Shown piece after piece: positions 39,157-49,347 of a stretch of 64,000 nucleotides of DNA. The notes beneath the pieces were generated by a model. The model searched no databases and was not told the origin of the DNA. It saw only the letters and a list, made by a program, of their open reading frames with translations. Source of the stretch: an uncultured virus (IMG/VR IMGVR_UViG_3300032116_000017) (taxonomy: Duplodnaviria > Heunggongvirae > Uroviricota > Caudoviricetes); the IMG/VR virus record IMGVR_UViG_3300032116_000017; one strand, given 5' to 3'. Every line of letters begins with the position of its first letter. Position 1 is the first letter of the stretch. Both the position numbers and the translations under genes were made by a program.

Positions 39157-40399
39157 AAGAAAAAATCCAAAAGGGAAATCCTCTGATAATCGTCAGAGGT
39201 TTCTAAAAAGGATCGAAGGTCAAATAAAAAAGGCCTTACCTGACATTGTTAAAGGTACTGGTATAAAAGATATCACATCATCAGGTGGTAAAGTAAAAGT
39301 TCCTGTTAAAGGAATATCTGAGCCACAATTTACATATGATAAAGATTCTGGTGATAAAAAATATGTTCATCCAGGAAATAAAGAATATGTTCCCGGTGAT
39401 AAAATAAAAAAACCTCAAGGTGGTCAAGGTAAAGGATCAGGTAAACAAGGATCAAACGATCCTTCAACCGGAGAAGATGAGTTCTCAGTTACAATTAGTA
39501 GAGATGAGTTCTTAGATTACTTTTTTTCTGATTTAGAACTTCCAGATATGGTTAAAAAACATCTTAACACTATTGTTGATTGGAAACAAAAAAGAGCTGG
39601 ATTCTCTAATTATGGTAATCCAAGTAGGTTAAATGTTGTTAAATCATTTAAAAACTCAATGGCTCGTAGAATGGCTCTTGGATTCTTTTTTGATAAAAAA
39701 ATCAAAGATGTTGAGGAGTTATTAAAAGATGATACTTTAACTAAAGAAAGAAGATTAGAGTTAGAATTTGAATTAGACAAACTTAAGAAAATGAAACTTA
39801 GTGTTTCATTTATGGAGGAAGTCGACCTTCAATATAATAACTTTGAAAAAGTTGCTGTTCCTACTACTTGTGCTGTTATGTTCTGTATAATGGATATCTC
39901 TGGTTCAATGGGTGAAAAGGAAAAGGATATTTCAAAAAGATTCTTTATGTTACTTTATATGTTTCTTACAAAACAATATGAAAAAATTGAAATTGTTTTT
40001 ATTAGACATCACACAGAAGCAAAGGAAGTTAGTGAAGAAGAATTCTTTAATAGTAAAGAAACAGGTGGAACAGTTGTTACTCCTGCACTTGAACTAATGA
40101 ATAAGATTATAAAAGAAAGATACTCAAAAGATTGGAATATCTATGCTGCGCAAGCTTCAGATGGTGATGTTTGGAATCGTTCAGATGCTGATGATTGTTA
40201 TAAAATATTAGACACTGATATATTAAATAAAATTCAATATATGATTTATATTGAAGTTTGTAGAGATAATGATGGTGACCTTTGGAGTAATTATAAATTA
40301 CTTTCTGAAAAGAGAAATAATTTCGAGATTGGAAAAATTCACGAAGTAGGTGAGATATGGACTGTATTTCAAGACTTCTTTAAAAAGAAAACCGTCTAA
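39134..40399 (+). CDS. yeaH: YeaH/YhbH (DUF444) vWA-like protein
   Basis: IVDRRKNPKGKS..NRQRF, HPGNKEY..GD, AVMFCIMDISGSM, FIRHHT, ETGGT, AQASDGD. Confidence 0.93.
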   Translation: MSINIVDRRKNPKGKSSDNRQRFLKRIEGQIKKALPDIVKGTGIKDITSSGGKVKVPVKGISEPQFTYDKDSGDKKYVHPGNKEYVPGDKIKKPQGGQGKGSGKQGSNDPSTGEDEFSVTISRDEFLDYFFSDLELPDMVKKHLNTIVDWKQKRAGFSNYGNPSRLNVVKSFKNSMARRMALGFFFDKKIKDVEELLKDDTLTKERRLELEFELDKLKKMKLSVSFMEEVDLQYNNFEKVAVPTTCAVMFCIMDISGSMGEKEKDISKRFFMLLYMFLTKQYEKIEIVFIRHHTEAKEVSEEEFFNSKETGGTVVTPALELMNKIIKERYSKDWNIYAAQASDGDVWNRSDADDCYKILDTDILNKIQYMIYIEVCRDNDGDLWSNYKLLSEKRNNFEIGKIHEVGEIWTVFQDFFKKKTV

Positions 40400-40403
40400 A
40401 ATA

Positions 40404-41894
40404 TTACTGTGTTGTAAATTGATAAACCTTTCCCGAACTACCATAGTCAACTATCTTAGCAGCTACAAACTTTGCACCTTCTGCTGCATATTGTGACCAA
40501 GATTCATCAGAATATTTATTTGTATTTTGCTCAACAAACGTCAACGCATTATTAGCAATTTTTACAGCTTGACTAGAATACTCAGAAACACTTTTTCCGT
40601 CTCTTAGATTAATCAAATAAACCATTACTTCAGAAGTTAATTTGGATTTTTCAAAATCCATTTCTTCTGCAGCACTATCCGAAATAGCTTCCATTACTCC
40701 TATTGCTTTATTTATAGTTTCTGGTGATGGTTTTCCTCCACTAGCCGCGGCAGAAGTAAGTACAAAAAGTATAACAAGTAGGACTATAGTTATAATTATA
40801 GTTCTGTATAATACTGGATGTTTTTCTTTAAAATTTTTAATCTTATCCAAAATCCATTTTATAAATTTCTCAACAATTGATGCTGACTTTACACCTAATT
40901 CATACATCTTAAGACTTATACTTTCTAAATTTTCATTGAATTTTTTAAAGAAACTTTCAATAGTATCTAAACCTTTACCAATTGTTGCTAATAACTCATT
41001 AAAATTGGCTCCGGTGACACCAAATTTACCCAAGTGGTCCCAGATTGATCTGTATTCTTTCTGATCTATATCACTCATTTCACTATTGATATAATCTTTA
41101 AGATTTGGCTTACCTTTAGAAATTAATAAATTATTTATCTGTGCAATTTCATTCTTACTCTTTATTCTCTTAATTATTTTTAAAGCTGATTCTTCATCCG
41201 TACCGTCATAATCACCTTTAAATGATTTAATTAAATCATCTACTATAGATTTTACCGAATTATCAACTTTGTCATTTTTTTTACTTTCTATATTATTCCA
41301 ATCTATGTCATTGAAAACACTATCATCTAATTTATGACCTATCATAGTATAAAGACCTATTTCTTTTAATGCATCCGGATTTGTCTTTATTATTTTTTCT
41401 AATTGACGAACTTTACCATCAACTATTTTGATACCGAATTTTTTATCAGAATTATTTGTTAAATCTTCTAATCTTTTATTTAGTTCGATTTTATTTATTT
41501 TCTTTGATTTGTATGATGATATTAGTTCATACATTTTATCAAGTGGTAATCTCATTTGTACACTAAATTCATGTCCTGAGAATGGTACAATTTCATTTTT
41601 TGAGGATTTTAAAAACCATTTGGCTAGTGGTGTGTTTGTCACAACAATGTCATATCTTAAATACCAAACATTTTGTTTCTTACCTATAGAAATGTATGGA
41701 TCATCTTCGACTTCGACTTCATCTTTGATTTTTTCTGTTTGATAGTTCAATACAAAATCTAAAACTGGACTATCATCTTTATTTGGATCTGCAAAATAGT
41801 CAGAAAGATTTCCTTTTTCATATTCGTCTTTGTTCCAAAACCATTCCTCATTAATTGCACATCTAAAAGATTCGTATGTTTTGATATACTTCAT
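40404..41894 (-). CDS. N-tagged membrane protein with an annexin-like repeat
   Basis: MKYIKTYESF; DGTDEESALKII...LKDYINSEMS; TM segment TIIITIVLLVILFVL. Confidence 0.65.
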   Translation of the reverse strand: MKYIKTYESFRCAINEEWFWNKDEYEKGNLSDYFADPNKDDSPVLDFVLNYQTEKIKDEVEVEDDPYISIGKKQNVWYLRYDIVVTNTPLAKWFLKSSKNEIVPFSGHEFSVQMRLPLDKMYELISSYKSKKINKIELNKRLEDLTNNSDKKFGIKIVDGKVRQLEKIIKTNPDALKEIGLYTMIGHKLDDSVFNDIDWNNIESKKNDKVDNSVKSIVDDLIKSFKGDYDGTDEESALKIIKRIKSKNEIAQINNLLISKGKPNLKDYINSEMSDIDQKEYRSIWDHLGKFGVTGANFNELLATIGKGLDTIESFFKKFNENLESISLKMYELGVKSASIVEKFIKWILDKIKNFKEKHPVLYRTIIITIVLLVILFVLTSAAASGGKPSPETINKAIGVMEAISDSAAEEMDFEKSKLTSEVMVYLINLRDGKSVSEYSSQAVKIANNALTFVEQNTNKYSDESWSQYAAEGAKFVAAKIVDYGSSGKVYQFTTQ

Positions 41895-41973
41895 GTTGAA
41901 AATAACTTTCTATTATATATAAATTATTATAAACAATAAACTAAAAATAGACTAAAAATAAAAACAAAATTAT

Positions 41974-43470
41974 ATGAAGAAAAAAGATATCAAAAACTTA
42001 TTCTCAAAATCAGATTGGAATGAAGAAACTATTCAAGTTTTTTCTGAAATAATTGATAAAATGTCTATAGACTTACTTGGACTTGATGTTTATGTAAATC
42101 AATTTGAAATTGTATCTTCTGAACAATTACTAGATGCTTACGCACTTATAGGACTTCCACTTTCATATAACCATTGGAAATTTGGAAAAGATTATGTAGT
42201 AAATACAAATAATTATAAAAAAGGAAGAATGGGTCTAAGCTACGAAATGGTAATTAACAGCTCGCCCTGCATCTCTTACAACTTAGAGGACAATGATACT
42301 TGTCTTATGTTATTAGTTTATGCACATGTTCAGGGCCATAATCACTTCTTTAAGAACAATTATCTTTTTAAACAATGGACTCAAGCTGATTCCATTATCG
42401 ATTATATGTTATTTGCTAAAAACTTTATTGCCAAATGTGAAGAGAAGTATGGATATGAAGAAGTTGAAATGGTTTTAGATGCTTGTCACGCACTTATGAA
42501 CTATGGTGTTGATAAATATAAAAAACCGGCTAAATTATCACCTAAAGAAGAGCATGACAGATTAAAAAAGAAGATTGAAGACGATAGAATTTTACTTGAT
42601 GACATCTGGAGAACCCTTCCTAAGGATGATCAGAAAAGAAAAAGAAAAGAAAGATTTCCGGCTCAACCTGAAGAAAATATTCTTTACTTTATCGAAAAAA
42701 ATTCACCAAAACTAAAAGCTTGGCAAAGAGAAATTGTTAGAATTGTTAGAAAGGTATCTCAATACTTTTACCCACAGGGTCAAACTAAAGTTATCAATGA
42801 GGGATGTGCGACTTTTACACACTATGAGATAGTAAATAAAATGTTTGAAGAAGGATATTTAGATGATGGATTTATGTTAGAATTTATGCACCATCATTCT
42901 AATGTTATTTTTCAACCGGGATTTGATTCTAAATTCTATTCAGGTTTGAATCCATATACTTTAGGCTTTAATATCTTTTCTGATTTAAAAAGAATGTCAT
43001 TAGATCCAACTCCAGAGGATTTACAATGGTTTCCTGAAATTGCTGGAAAAGGAGATTGGAAAGAACAATTTTTATATATTGTTGAAAATTTCAAAGATGA
43101 AACATTTGTTCTTCAATATCTTTCTCCAAAAGTTATGCGTGATATGAGATTATTTGAGATATCAGATGAATCAACTTCTAACTTTTATAAAGTTAGTTCA
43201 ATTCATAATGAAAAGGGATATAAAAAAGTTAGACAATCACTTTCTGAATTTTATAACAGAAGTAGATATGTTCCAGATATTCAAGTTTATAATGTTGATG
43301 TTTATGGAAATAGAAGTCTTACTTTAGAATACACTCCTTTAGATGGTAGAGATTTAGATTCAAATGAAGTTGATAAGGTTCTTCCACATGTTAAATACTT
43401 ATGGGGATTTCCAGTTAAGATGGTTCAAAGAGGTCAAGAAAAATTGACAGTTATTTCTTCTTTGGAATAA
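41974..43470 (+). CDS. spoVR: SpoVR/YcgB family protein
   Basis: YNHWKFGK, YEMVINSSPCI, GHNHFFKNN, YFYPQGQTKVINEGCATF.HY, NPY.LG, YLWG. Confidence 0.94.
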   Translation: MKKKDIKNLFSKSDWNEETIQVFSEIIDKMSIDLLGLDVYVNQFEIVSSEQLLDAYALIGLPLSYNHWKFGKDYVVNTNNYKKGRMGLSYEMVINSSPCISYNLEDNDTCLMLLVYAHVQGHNHFFKNNYLFKQWTQADSIIDYMLFAKNFIAKCEEKYGYEEVEMVLDACHALMNYGVDKYKKPAKLSPKEEHDRLKKKIEDDRILLDDIWRTLPKDDQKRKRKERFPAQPEENILYFIEKNSPKLKAWQREIVRIVRKVSQYFYPQGQTKVINEGCATFTHYEIVNKMFEEGYLDDGFMLEFMHHHSNVIFQPGFDSKFYSGLNPYTLGFNIFSDLKRMSLDPTPEDLQWFPEIAGKGDWKEQFLYIVENFKDETFVLQYLSPKVMRDMRLFEISDESTSNFYKVSSIHNEKGYKKVRQSLSEFYNRSRYVPDIQVYNVDVYGNRSLTLEYTPLDGRDLDSNEVDKVLPHVKYLWGFPVKMVQRGQEKLTVISSLE

Positions 43471-43489
43471 TTTTCACTATATTTGTAAT

Positions 43490-44413
43490 ATGAAAAATAT
43501 TGGATACTGTTGCATCCCAATGGGTTGTAATGTAGGTAAGAAAAAGAAAGAACATATTACCGTAAATAGAGGAATGGTTCGTAAAACATTTGATGATAAA
43601 GGATTGCCTTATGTATCTGAATTGGTTATTGAAAATCTCAAAGACACACTTAAAGTATTAGACTATAATCTATCTGTTGGTATTTATATCTACAGATTAT
43701 CATCCGACTCTTTTCCGTGGATGTCAGAGTATGAGTTCTCTGATTTACCAAACTTTGATATGATACAAAAGCTTATGGCTCAAATCGGTGATAAAATAAA
43801 ATCTAATAACATTAGAGTGAGCTATCATCCAGGACCATTCAACGTTTTGGCAAGTGAGAGCCCTTCTGTTGTAGAGAAAACAATCAAAGAGTTAAATAAA
43901 CATGCAGAACTTATGGATTTAATGGGATTGGATAAATCACATTATTATCCTATCAATATTCACATCAATACGACTAAGCCTACAAGAGAAGAAGCTGCTC
44001 AACGATTTGTTGATAATTTTTCACTTCTTTCTGAGTCTTGTAAGAGTAGATTAACATTAGAGAATGATGATAGTCCGAATCAATACTCTGTTAAAATATT
44101 ACACGACTTTGTTTATACCAAAACTAATATTCCAATTGTATTCGATCAACATCACTTCAACTATGGTGAACAAGACCAAACTATGGAAGAAGCATTGCGA
44201 TTAGCACATTCTACTTGGAATGTTAGACCAATGACTCATATGAGTTCACCAAAAACATTAGAAGATAATTCAGGTAAACAAACAGCACATGCAGATTACA
44301 TTTATGAAGAAATTAAAACATTTGGTCTTGACTTTGATACAGAAATTGAAGCGAAAGCCAAAGATCTCGCTGTGTTAAAATACCGGAAACAGTTTCAATT
44401 AATTAAGTCATAA
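43490..44413 (+). CDS. uvsE: UV-damage endonuclease
   Basis: IGYCC, YRLSS, SYHPGPF, NIHI, RLTLENDD, IVFDQHH, AHADY, EAKAKDLA. Confidence 0.92.
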   Translation: MKNIGYCCIPMGCNVGKKKKEHITVNRGMVRKTFDDKGLPYVSELVIENLKDTLKVLDYNLSVGIYIYRLSSDSFPWMSEYEFSDLPNFDMIQKLMAQIGDKIKSNNIRVSYHPGPFNVLASESPSVVEKTIKELNKHAELMDLMGLDKSHYYPINIHINTTKPTREEAAQRFVDNFSLLSESCKSRLTLENDDSPNQYSVKILHDFVYTKTNIPIVFDQHHFNYGEQDQTMEEALRLAHSTWNVRPMTHMSSPKTLEDNSGKQTAHADYIYEEIKTFGLDFDTEIEAKAKDLAVLKYRKQFQLIKS

Positions 44414-44467
44414 ATATTTGGTAGATTTAAAATAAAGTATTATCTTTGTAAAACAAAGGAAAACAAT

Positions 44468-44953
44468 ATGAAGATAGAGCTTAAAAATGTAAAGATTAAC
44501 AAAATGTTTAGCGAAGAAACTACTTGTTTCATGGCTGATGTTTTTATAAATGGTAAAAAAACAGCATACGCTAAAAACGACGGACGTGGAGGTAATACAA
44601 ATATCCAACCATATGCGGGTATGTCTTTAGATGAGGTTTATAACTATTGTAAAACTTTACCCAAAGAGTTTGGTTACCCACAAACACTTGATTCAGTTAT
44701 TGATGATATTCTATTCGAGAAAGAAAAAGAAAAAGAGCAAAAGAAAATTGACAAGTTGTGTTTAACTAACATTGTTTGGGGTTTAGAAAATGGAACGTCT
44801 TATTCTAAGATTGGTTTTAAAGGTAGTCCTAAATTTGAGGACCTTAAAAAAACAACTGGAGGTAAGACTGCTTTGAAATCTTTGATTGAGAAAGTAAAAA
44901 ATCAATACGTGAAAGAAGGTGAAATTATTTTCAATAAAAATTTAGTAGGTTAA
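44468..44953 (+). CDS. Hypothetical phage protein
   Basis: SEETTCF.A...NDGRGG motif; TATCTTTG box at 44441. Confidence 0.75.
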   Translation: MKIELKNVKINKMFSEETTCFMADVFINGKKTAYAKNDGRGGNTNIQPYAGMSLDEVYNYCKTLPKEFGYPQTLDSVIDDILFEKEKEKEQKKIDKLCLTNIVWGLENGTSYSKIGFKGSPKFEDLKKTTGGKTALKSLIEKVKNQYVKEGEIIFNKNLVG

Positions 44954-44959
44954 AATGTA

Positions 44960-44985
44960 AAGAGAGTCTAATGACTCTCTTTTTT
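44960..44985. terminator. Terminator between convergent genes
   Basis: AGAGAGTC-TAAT-GACTCTCT plus T tract. Confidence 0.75.
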
Positions 44986-45432
44986 CTTTTTCTTAACAAC
45001 TGCTAACTCTTCTGGTGTCAATAATCCTCTACCATAAAGTTTTACTCTTTCATCATATCTCGTCTTAACTCTTTCAGATATCGGAACTGGTTGTCCTTCA
45101 TCATCAATTCTAACAAAAACAACTTTTGTTGAACAAACGATTTTTTCTTCACCAGTATAAACACTGTGTTTTCTGGCTTCCATTTTAAGAGTGATGGAGG
45201 TTGTTCCAATTTTTTCTACTTCTCCATAGATTTTGATAATGTTGCCAACTTTTACGGGATTATCAAAAACGACTTCTTCCATTTTTTTAGTTACCATTCT
45301 TGGTGTGTCGCATATTTGACAAGCGTAAGCCGCAGCTGCTTCGTCAATAAAACACATCATATTTCCTCCGAAGAGATTACCATGTACACCAATATCGAGT
45401 GCCATACAAATTTTTGTTGTTATTAGTTCCAT
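44968..45432 (-). CDS. Acyl-CoA thioesterase (hotdog fold, YciA-like)
   Basis: HGNLFGG.MM..IDEAAA, F.NPVKVG, GTTSI, VFVRID..G.P. Confidence 0.88.
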   Translation of the reverse strand: MELITTKICMALDIGVHGNLFGGNMMCFIDEAAAAYACQICDTPRMVTKKMEEVVFDNPVKVGNIIKIYGEVEKIGTTSITLKMEARKHSVYTGEEKIVCSTKVVFVRIDDEGQPVPISERVKTRYDERVKLYGRGLLTPEELAVVKKKKKESH

Positions 45433-45435
45433 AAT

Positions 45436-46044
45436 TTATCTTTTTTTATATATGAAAAAACTCATTTTTTTAAAATCAAACCAACTTACATCTAAAAAGA
45501 TAGTTTCTATTACTTCGTCATTTGTTACATAACATGAGATATAGTAGCAGTCTTTTGGAATTTTTTCTAATATTAAATTTCTTAAATCATCACTAAACAT
45601 AATATCATCCATAAAAATAAAATTGGCATCGGAGATATCAACATTTAAAATATCATCACAAATAAAAATAACTCTTTCTTGATTTAAAGTTTTATTTATT
45701 TCGATTGCATAATCGATTCTTGTTTTAGATATTTCCACTCCTACATATTTATCAAAATTGGAAATAAGTGAGAGATGTAATAATAATCTGCCATTACCAC
45801 ATCCAATATCATAAAATACTCCTTTATAATTATTTAAGTAGTTTGATAATTCTTTAACCCCTTTTTTTGTGATTTCGCCATAAACTAAATTCTCAGGTAA
45901 ATCAGTTGATTCTCTTAGATATTCTGATTGTTGTTCATTGGTTAGATTATCCCATTTACCCAGATATTTTAAGATATCACTCTCAGACATTAAGTCGAAC
46001 CTATAAACTTCTTCTATTTTTATTGCTTTTAGAAAATCATCCAT
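45436..46044 (-). CDS. Class I SAM-dependent methyltransferase, DOT1-like
   Basis: VYGEIT, FYDIGCGNGRL, YVGVEISKTR, DIL..DISDA. Confidence 0.75.
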   Translation of the reverse strand: MDDFLKAIKIEEVYRFDLMSESDILKYLGKWDNLTNEQQSEYLRESTDLPENLVYGEITKKGVKELSNYLNNYKGVFYDIGCGNGRLLLHLSLISNFDKYVGVEISKTRIDYAIEINKTLNQERVIFICDDILNVDISDANFIFMDDIMFSDDLRNLILEKIPKDCYYISCYVTNDEVIETIFLDVSWFDFKKMSFFIYKKR

Positions 46045-46675
46045 ATTTCACTATTTCAATTCCAGTAGTTTCTAAAAAATTAATACCCGACCCATCTCTA
46101 TATTCATCTACATAGACCAATCTTTTTATTCCTGATTGTAGAATCAGTTTTGAACAATCTTTACATGGTGAGTGAGTTAAATAAAGAGTAGCTCCATCGC
46201 AAGATTGACCTCTACGGGCACATTTAAGTATAGCGTTTGCTTCACCATGAATTACATACCAATGTGTGGTATCAGGATCCAATTCACATTGATTATCAAA
46301 TCCAGTTGGTGTTCCGTTATATCCATCTGATATAATCATATCATCTTTTACAATTAAGGCCCCAACTTTCATTCTTGAGCAATGAGAAAGATTAGACCAC
46401 TCTTTAGCCATATTTAAATATGTTTTATCATATTTTTGTTGCTTGTATCTGGATTTAATCTCATCGATAAAATTTGTGATTTTATCAGGACCATCTATAT
46501 TCTTTTCTTTACCGGACTTATCTTTGATTATCATTCTTATCGCATTTTTATCTGATTTATCAAACACTTCCATTTTAATAACCATAGGACTCATATCATC
46601 ATAAATATAATCCTGTGATTCAATCATTTCTTTTGTAATTCCTTTTAAATATACAGTATCAAAATCACTCTTCAT
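46037..46675 (-). CDS. dCMP deaminase with N-terminal extension
   Basis: KVGALIV, DGYNGTPTG, HGEANAI, SPCKDC. Confidence 0.92.
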   Translation of the reverse strand: MKSDFDTVYLKGITKEMIESQDYIYDDMSPMVIKMEVFDKSDKNAIRMIIKDKSGKEKNIDGPDKITNFIDEIKSRYKQQKYDKTYLNMAKEWSNLSHCSRMKVGALIVKDDMIISDGYNGTPTGFDNQCELDPDTTHWYVIHGEANAILKCARRGQSCDGATLYLTHSPCKDCSKLILQSGIKRLVYVDEYRDGSGINFLETTGIEIVKYG

Positions 46676-46820
46676 CCCTAAATAACTTATTTATTTTGGA
46701 TTTTCTATATTCTGATTTCGTATCAAATCCTAAAATATTTTTTAATGCCCAATTTACATCTAAATGACCTGTGATCATTAACTCTTTTAAAAGTTCATAT
46801 TTTTTGTTTTTATCAGACAT
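46665..46820 (-). CDS. Small hypothetical protein (51 aa) with C-terminal motif
   Basis: My translation ends YRKSKINKLFRDEE; fills the operon gap. Confidence 0.55.
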   Translation of the reverse strand: MSDKNKKYELLKELMITGHLDVNWALKNILGFDTKSEYRKSKINKLFRDEE

Positions 46821-47013
46821 TAAATAATCTTTTGATTTTTTTCTTTCTAATCTTTGGTCTATCTATTTTATAGATAATGTCAGTAATAGTTGAATTGACT
46901 GTTATATAATTACCAGAACCTCTGGTTGATTTATTATTTATCAACGCAGAGGCTTGTAGTAATTTATCAACTAAACTTTTATTAGTCATTGTGTTTTTCA
47001 ATCTGAAGAGCAC
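46813..47013 (-). CDS. Small hypothetical protein with C-terminal motif
   Basis: Ends IRKKKIKRLFNV; true start probably MTNKS. Confidence 0.55.
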   Translation of the reverse strand: MLFRLKNTMTNKSLVDKLLQASALINNKSTRGSGNYITVNSTITDIIYKIDRPKIRKKKIKRLFNV

Positions 47014-47536
47014 TTAACTCAACAAGATTTTTTCTACCAAAAATCATAACTTCAACCTTGACTTTTTGGTCTTTAATACTTTCTACTGTTCCTGTAAATC
47101 CTGTAAAAGGACCATCAAGAACTTTAACAGATTCACCGGAAATGAAGTGGTCAAATTGTTCGGCTACTACTTCTTTTTCTTTTTGAATACCAAGCATTCT
47201 ATCAACTTCTCCTTGTGTTAGAGACTGAATAGTTTTATCTCGTGATGTAAGAAATCCTGTAGCACCATTTACACCTTTTAAATAATATTTCAATTCACCA
47301 ACAGCATTTGTTTCAACAAAAATATATCCTGGATACATTACTTTTTCACGTTGAACTTTTTTACCATTCTTTAAATGAAAAGATTTTTCAGTTGGAACAA
47401 TTACTCTACCTATTTTACCCATTAAGTCACCAGTTTCACCATCTTTGACAATTCTTTCCGAAACAGATCTTTCTCTGTTTGATTGCGCTCTAACGATATA
47501 CCATTTCATTGTTTTAACATTTTCTAAAGTTTCCAT
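46982..47536 (-). CDS. nusG: Transcription elongation factor NusG
   Basis: NGN domain (KWYIVR, MYPGYIFVE, V.G.TGFL) and KOW domain (GESVKVLDGPFTGFTG, V.IFGR). Confidence 0.93.
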   Translation of the reverse strand: METLENVKTMKWYIVRAQSNRERSVSERIVKDGETGDLMGKIGRVIVPTEKSFHLKNGKKVQREKVMYPGYIFVETNAVGELKYYLKGVNGATGFLTSRDKTIQSLTQGEVDRMLGIQKEKEVVAEQFDHFISGESVKVLDGPFTGFTGTVESIKDQKVKVEVMIFGRKNLVELSALQIEKHND

Positions 47537-47547
47537 ATTAATTTAAT

Positions 47548-47946
47548 TTATTGTTTTTCTAATTTTTTATAATAATTTAATTCTTCTTTTACAAAATCAA
47601 AGTGATTTTCTATTAAATAGTCTAAGTCAATATCTTTAATTTTTAATCTAAGTAAAAGAAGTTTGTAGTCATTATCGGGTATAAGTGGCTTTTCCTTTTC
47701 ACTTTTTGACCAAATCCAACTAGGATAAGGTTTTGATTTCATAAAGTGATACCATAAATCTAAACCCGATACTTTATCTATTGCTTTAAGATTCAAAAGT
47801 TGAGCTTTATCAGGAAATCTTTTAGAAAGAATTCGGTTAATGATGAAAAAAAATTCACTTTTTTGTTCATCACTAACCCACTTCCAATTTTCTTTCTCTT
47901 TAAACATCGCATTTGTTAATGCAAGTAAGTGATTTTCAATTATCAT
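47548..47946 (-). CDS. Hypothetical protein, possibly T4 gp62-like clamp-loader small subunit
   Basis: FFIINRILSK...LLN...WIWSK pattern; adjacent to RNase H. Confidence 0.4.
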   Translation of the reverse strand: MIIENHLLALTNAMFKEKENWKWVSDEQKSEFFFIINRILSKRFPDKAQLLNLKAIDKVSGLDLWYHFMKSKPYPSWIWSKSEKEKPLIPDNDYKLLLLRLKIKDIDLDYLIENHFDFVKEELNYYKKLEKQ

Positions 47947-48914
47947 TTTCCTTCAAATTTGCTTTCCATTTTATCAATAATTTCTTGAGGTAAGTTTTCT
48001 AATCTCAAATCTATTAATTTAACATTACCTTGAATGTTTTCTACAATAGTTTCAATTTGTGTTTTACTCAATTTCTTTTTCTCACAAATCAAATCAGCTA
48101 TATTCTCATATAGATCAGGATCTTCTAAACTAATCTCACCAAATTCTAAAAGATAATTATCATAGATTGTTTTGGCACCTTTGGCTCCAATTCCTCTCTT
48201 TTTGCCGTTTTTAACTTGAGACCAAACAGATCCAATATTATCAGATTGGTCTCCTGAAATTATCTTAACCACTAATGATTCCATAGGATCAATTTCAACA
48301 ATTTCATATTTAGTTAAGAATCTATTAAGTAAAGTCAAATAATCAGAGTTATCATTTAGATTAAAAATATCATCATTTGGTAAATTTTTAACTTCTGAGA
48401 TAAAAATCTGATAATTTTTTGGCATAAAAAGTTTTTCTTTATTATACATTTCATTTGTCATAATATTAATCCAAAGTGGATCGATTGAATACCCAACAAT
48501 TTGTTTGATATCATGGTCATTAGAAACAATAATTGTAGATCGACCTTCTTCATTTGCTTTAGTTGTTAAAAATGAAATCCAATCATCTCCTTCAACATGA
48601 GGTGCTTCTAAAATTTTCACTAATCCAGACATTGATTGTTTGAATTCATCATAAGCATTATAAACAAAAGACCAATCAATATCATTATCTTTTTTTCGAT
48701 TAGCTTTATAAGCTTTTGTTAGTTGTTTTCTCCAAGATTTTTCTTTAGAGTCTGATACAAGATAAACATTAGCAAACGGATACCACTTTCTATAGTTGTT
48801 AATCGCGTTTTCTAATGATTTATGTAGTGCGCCGTACAGTAAGTTGTTTTTGTGAAGTGTGAAAACCAATCTTGACAAGATATAATTTCCATCTATTACT
48901 AAGTCACATATCAT
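47943..48914 (-). CDS. rnh: T4 RNase H / FEN-like 5'-3' exonuclease
   Basis: IDGNY, SWRK...YKANRKK, EGDD, SNDHD, GDQSDNI, GIGAKGA. Confidence 0.85.
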   Translation of the reverse strand: MICDLVIDGNYILSRLVFTLHKNNLLYGALHKSLENAINNYRKWYPFANVYLVSDSKEKSWRKQLTKAYKANRKKDNDIDWSFVYNAYDEFKQSMSGLVKILEAPHVEGDDWISFLTTKANEEGRSTIIVSNDHDIKQIVGYSIDPLWINIMTNEMYNKEKLFMPKNYQIFISEVKNLPNDDIFNLNDNSDYLTLLNRFLTKYEIVEIDPMESLVVKIISGDQSDNIGSVWSQVKNGKKRGIGAKGAKTIYDNYLLEFGEISLEDPDLYENIADLICEKKKLSKTQIETIVENIQGNVKLIDLRLENLPQEIIDKMESKFEGK

Positions 48915-48955
48915 TAAAATATAATTATTTTTTAATTATATCTATTAATCTGGAC

Positions 48956-49324
48956 TTAGTTTATAATATCATCTATCTTTTTGTCCCTTTCTAACCACTT
49001 AAACTTTTTCTCTAAATAGTCTTCAATTTCAGATGGAAAGAAAGTATTATTTTTATGTAATTCATCTAAAAAAGGTTTTCCTAAAACATTAAGTATAGCA
49101 ATATTAGTTATTAAATTCGAATCTCTATAGTGACCGTTATTTGACACTTCAACATCTTCACCTAAAATATGATAAGTTATTTTTGAAGCTCCTATTGTAA
49201 ATGATGAACCATTATAAACCAAACTTGTCCCAGAAACCGTAGTCGATGTATTTGAGGATGAGCCAGTAATTGCAAAGATACCGGGAGGTATTTGTAGATT
49301 GGTTTGTTTTTTAGCCATATCCAT
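48956..49324 (-). CDS. Hypothetical protein with C-terminal motif
   Basis: Ends LERDKKIDDIIN. Confidence 0.7.
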   Translation of the reverse strand: MDMAKKQTNLQIPPGIFAITGSSSNTSTTVSGTSLVYNGSSFTIGASKITYHILGEDVEVSNNGHYRDSNLITNIAILNVLGKPFLDELHKNNTFFPSEIEDYLEKKFKWLERDKKIDDIIN

Positions 49325-49347
49325 TCTATCTAAAATCAGATAAAAGT

